Shown here: piece by piece, positions 62,303 to 64,000 of the stretch
Layout of the letters: each line of letters begins with the position of its first letter
How positions within the stretch are numbered: position 1 is the first letter of the stretch
Origin: an uncultured cyanobacterium
Lineage (GTDB): Bacteria; Cyanobacteriota; Cyanobacteriia; Leptolyngbyales; Leptolyngbyaceae
Direction of reading: 5' to 3'
Assembly (NCBI GenBank): GCA_963766075.1
Contig: CAVYAN010000049.1
Location: 38,097-102,096 of the forward strand
Length of the DNA: 64,000 nucleotides
Notes under the pieces: generated by a model
Told to the model about the DNA's origin: nothing
Database searches by the model: none
What the model saw: the letters and a program-made list of their open reading frames with translations, nothing else
Program-made: the position numbers and the translations under genes

Positions 62303-63778
62303 ATGGAAAATATCGAAGCTGTTGATGCGATCGCTGCCGAAGACCCTGCCAATCCCGACTTAATGCTGGGGGGAAATCCTGGCAAGCGGGTGAGGCCCAA
62401 ATCGCGATTGCTCACCGCTCGCCTGAACGCATCTAAAGCAGAAATTCGCACCAGCCTGAAAGCCGCCACCCTGGATGGGGTCTTCGCGGCTGTGTTTGCC
62501 AACGTGACCGGTGGCGTGTTGCTAACGCACTTTTTGCTGGAGCTGGGCGCAAACCCGACCGAGATCGGCATTCTGGCCTCGATTCCCATGCTGGCCAATC
62601 TCATGCAGCCGATTGGAGCCTACTTCTCAGAGCAAACAACAAGCCGCCACGACTATTGCTTTTGGGTTTACGGCATTTCGCGATCGCTTTGGCTGGGACT
62701 GGCGATCGCCATTGTCCAGGTTGGTCAGCACCACGCCGCCCCCGATGTGCTGATTGCGATCGCCTTAGGTGTTGCCCTTTTGAGTTACTTCCTAGGGGCG
62801 CTCGGCAGTGCTCCTTGGCTGAGTTGGATGGCTGCAATCGTCCCTCCATCCCTGCGGGGTCGCTATTTTGGCCTGCGAAATAGTGCCGCCAACCTCACCA
62901 CGCTGATTTCGATGCCGTTAATTGGACTGGTGGTGTCGCGTTGGCAGGGTGGTTCGATTCAGGGCTATGGCATCGTGCTGCTGCTGGGGATCGTGTCCGG
63001 ACTTGTCAGTCTGTATTTTCAGAATTTCATGGTGGATGTGAATCCCCAAACCGGGTCAGGATTCTCTATTCCTGTTAGCGAACTCCCTGCCAGTGAACTT
63101 CCTGTTAGTGAACTTCCTACTAGCGAATCCCATGGGACTCTCAACCCCTACCCCCATAGCGCCCTGCTCCAATCTGTACCACTGGCTCGCTTTTGGCACG
63201 ATGCCAACTTCCTTCAATTTTTGGTGTATTTCAACCTATGGACGTTCGCGGTGAACCTTAGCGCCCCCTTTTTTAATGTCTATATGCTCAATGACTTGGC
63301 ATTAGATATTAGCCAAGTCACGCTTTACAACAGCTTGTCCGCGGGAGCGAACCTGCTCCTGCTGATGTTCTGGGGCAAGCTGGCTGATCGGGTGGGTAAT
63401 CGGCCGCTTTTGCTCGGTGTGGGTATTGTGTTTGCCGTTTTTCCGCTGTTGTGGCTTACGATGGGGGCGAATGCTTGGTCTATCTGGGTAGGGTTGCCGC
63501 TTTTGCATTTGATTGCAGGCGCAACGGCAGCAGCGATCGACTTGTGCTCCAATAACTTACAGATGAACATTGCTCCCAATCACAACCAGTCTATTTACTT
63601 TGGCATTGCGGCGGCTTTTGCGGGTGTTAGTGGCGCGCTGGGGACCACGGCAGGCGGCTTTTGGGTTCAGTTTGGTTACGGTGGTTGGCTCGGGCTGTTC
63701 GCCCTTTCCAGTGTGCTGCGGCTAGGCGCTTTGTTGCCCCTCATTTTCGTGCAGGAGCGCGCCCAGAGGGAGAACTGA
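62303..63778 (+). CDS. MFS transporter
   Basis: About 12 hydrophobic segments, RGRYFG, WGKLADRVGNRP. Confidence 0.88.
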   Translation: MENIEAVDAIAAEDPANPDLMLGGNPGKRVRPKSRLLTARLNASKAEIRTSLKAATLDGVFAAVFANVTGGVLLTHFLLELGANPTEIGILASIPMLANLMQPIGAYFSEQTTSRHDYCFWVYGISRSLWLGLAIAIVQVGQHHAAPDVLIAIALGVALLSYFLGALGSAPWLSWMAAIVPPSLRGRYFGLRNSAANLTTLISMPLIGLVVSRWQGGSIQGYGIVLLLGIVSGLVSLYFQNFMVDVNPQTGSGFSIPVSELPASELPVSELPTSESHGTLNPYPHSALLQSVPLARFWHDANFLQFLVYFNLWTFAVNLSAPFFNVYMLNDLALDISQVTLYNSLSAGANLLLLMFWGKLADRVGNRPLLLGVGIVFAVFPLLWLTMGANAWSIWVGLPLLHLIAGATAAAIDLCSNNLQMNIAPNHNQSIYFGIAAAFAGVSGALGTTAGGFWVQFGYGGWLGLFALSSVLRLGALLPLIFVQERAQREN

Positions 63779-64000
63779 TATCGTATAAATGGCAAGGTCT
63801 GGCAAGATCCGCTGATAGCTCGGCAATGCAAGTGAGCCAGATCTTGTCAAAGTTGCCCTGCGATCGCCTAATTGCGCGATCGCTTAATTGCATAAACCTA
63901 GGCTTCGTCAACCGCAAATTCTGAGAAAGTGGTCGCACAGATCAGCCATTGGGGCCCTATTGACAAGATACGTTAGGCGCGATCTGCAACGCCTCAATCG

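Overview
This is a cyanobacterial chromosome segment. HIP1 octamers (GCGATCGC) occur throughout, and it carries chlD, pex and the nir operon. A NirA-ferredoxin fusion suggests a Leptolyngbya-like filamentous lineage (inference). Most of the window is core genome: argD, lysC, clpP, tamB, the complete nirA-nrtABCD-narB operon with an NtcA/NtcB promoter, plsY, corA, CIRCE-controlled groEL2, chlD, cpdA with tandem CRP boxes, gnd, an ECF sigma/cupin anti-sigma pair and a divergent ackA / xfp-pgm cluster. Several housekeeping genes carry single-base frameshifts, most likely assembly errors. An accessory stretch at about 11.7-20.8 kb holds three related MITE-like elements and an uncharacterised helical protein preceded by a 21-bp-periodic repeat tract. 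It also contains a Bell-like protein with an amyloid-like (BASS-type) tail, separated by one in-frame TGA from an NB-ARC/TPR NLR-like gene with near-identical, locally variable repeats. An orphan hicB, a multi-repeat PGRP-type amidase and a DUF6765-like gene complete the stretch. All family calls come from motif recognition only; no searches were run.
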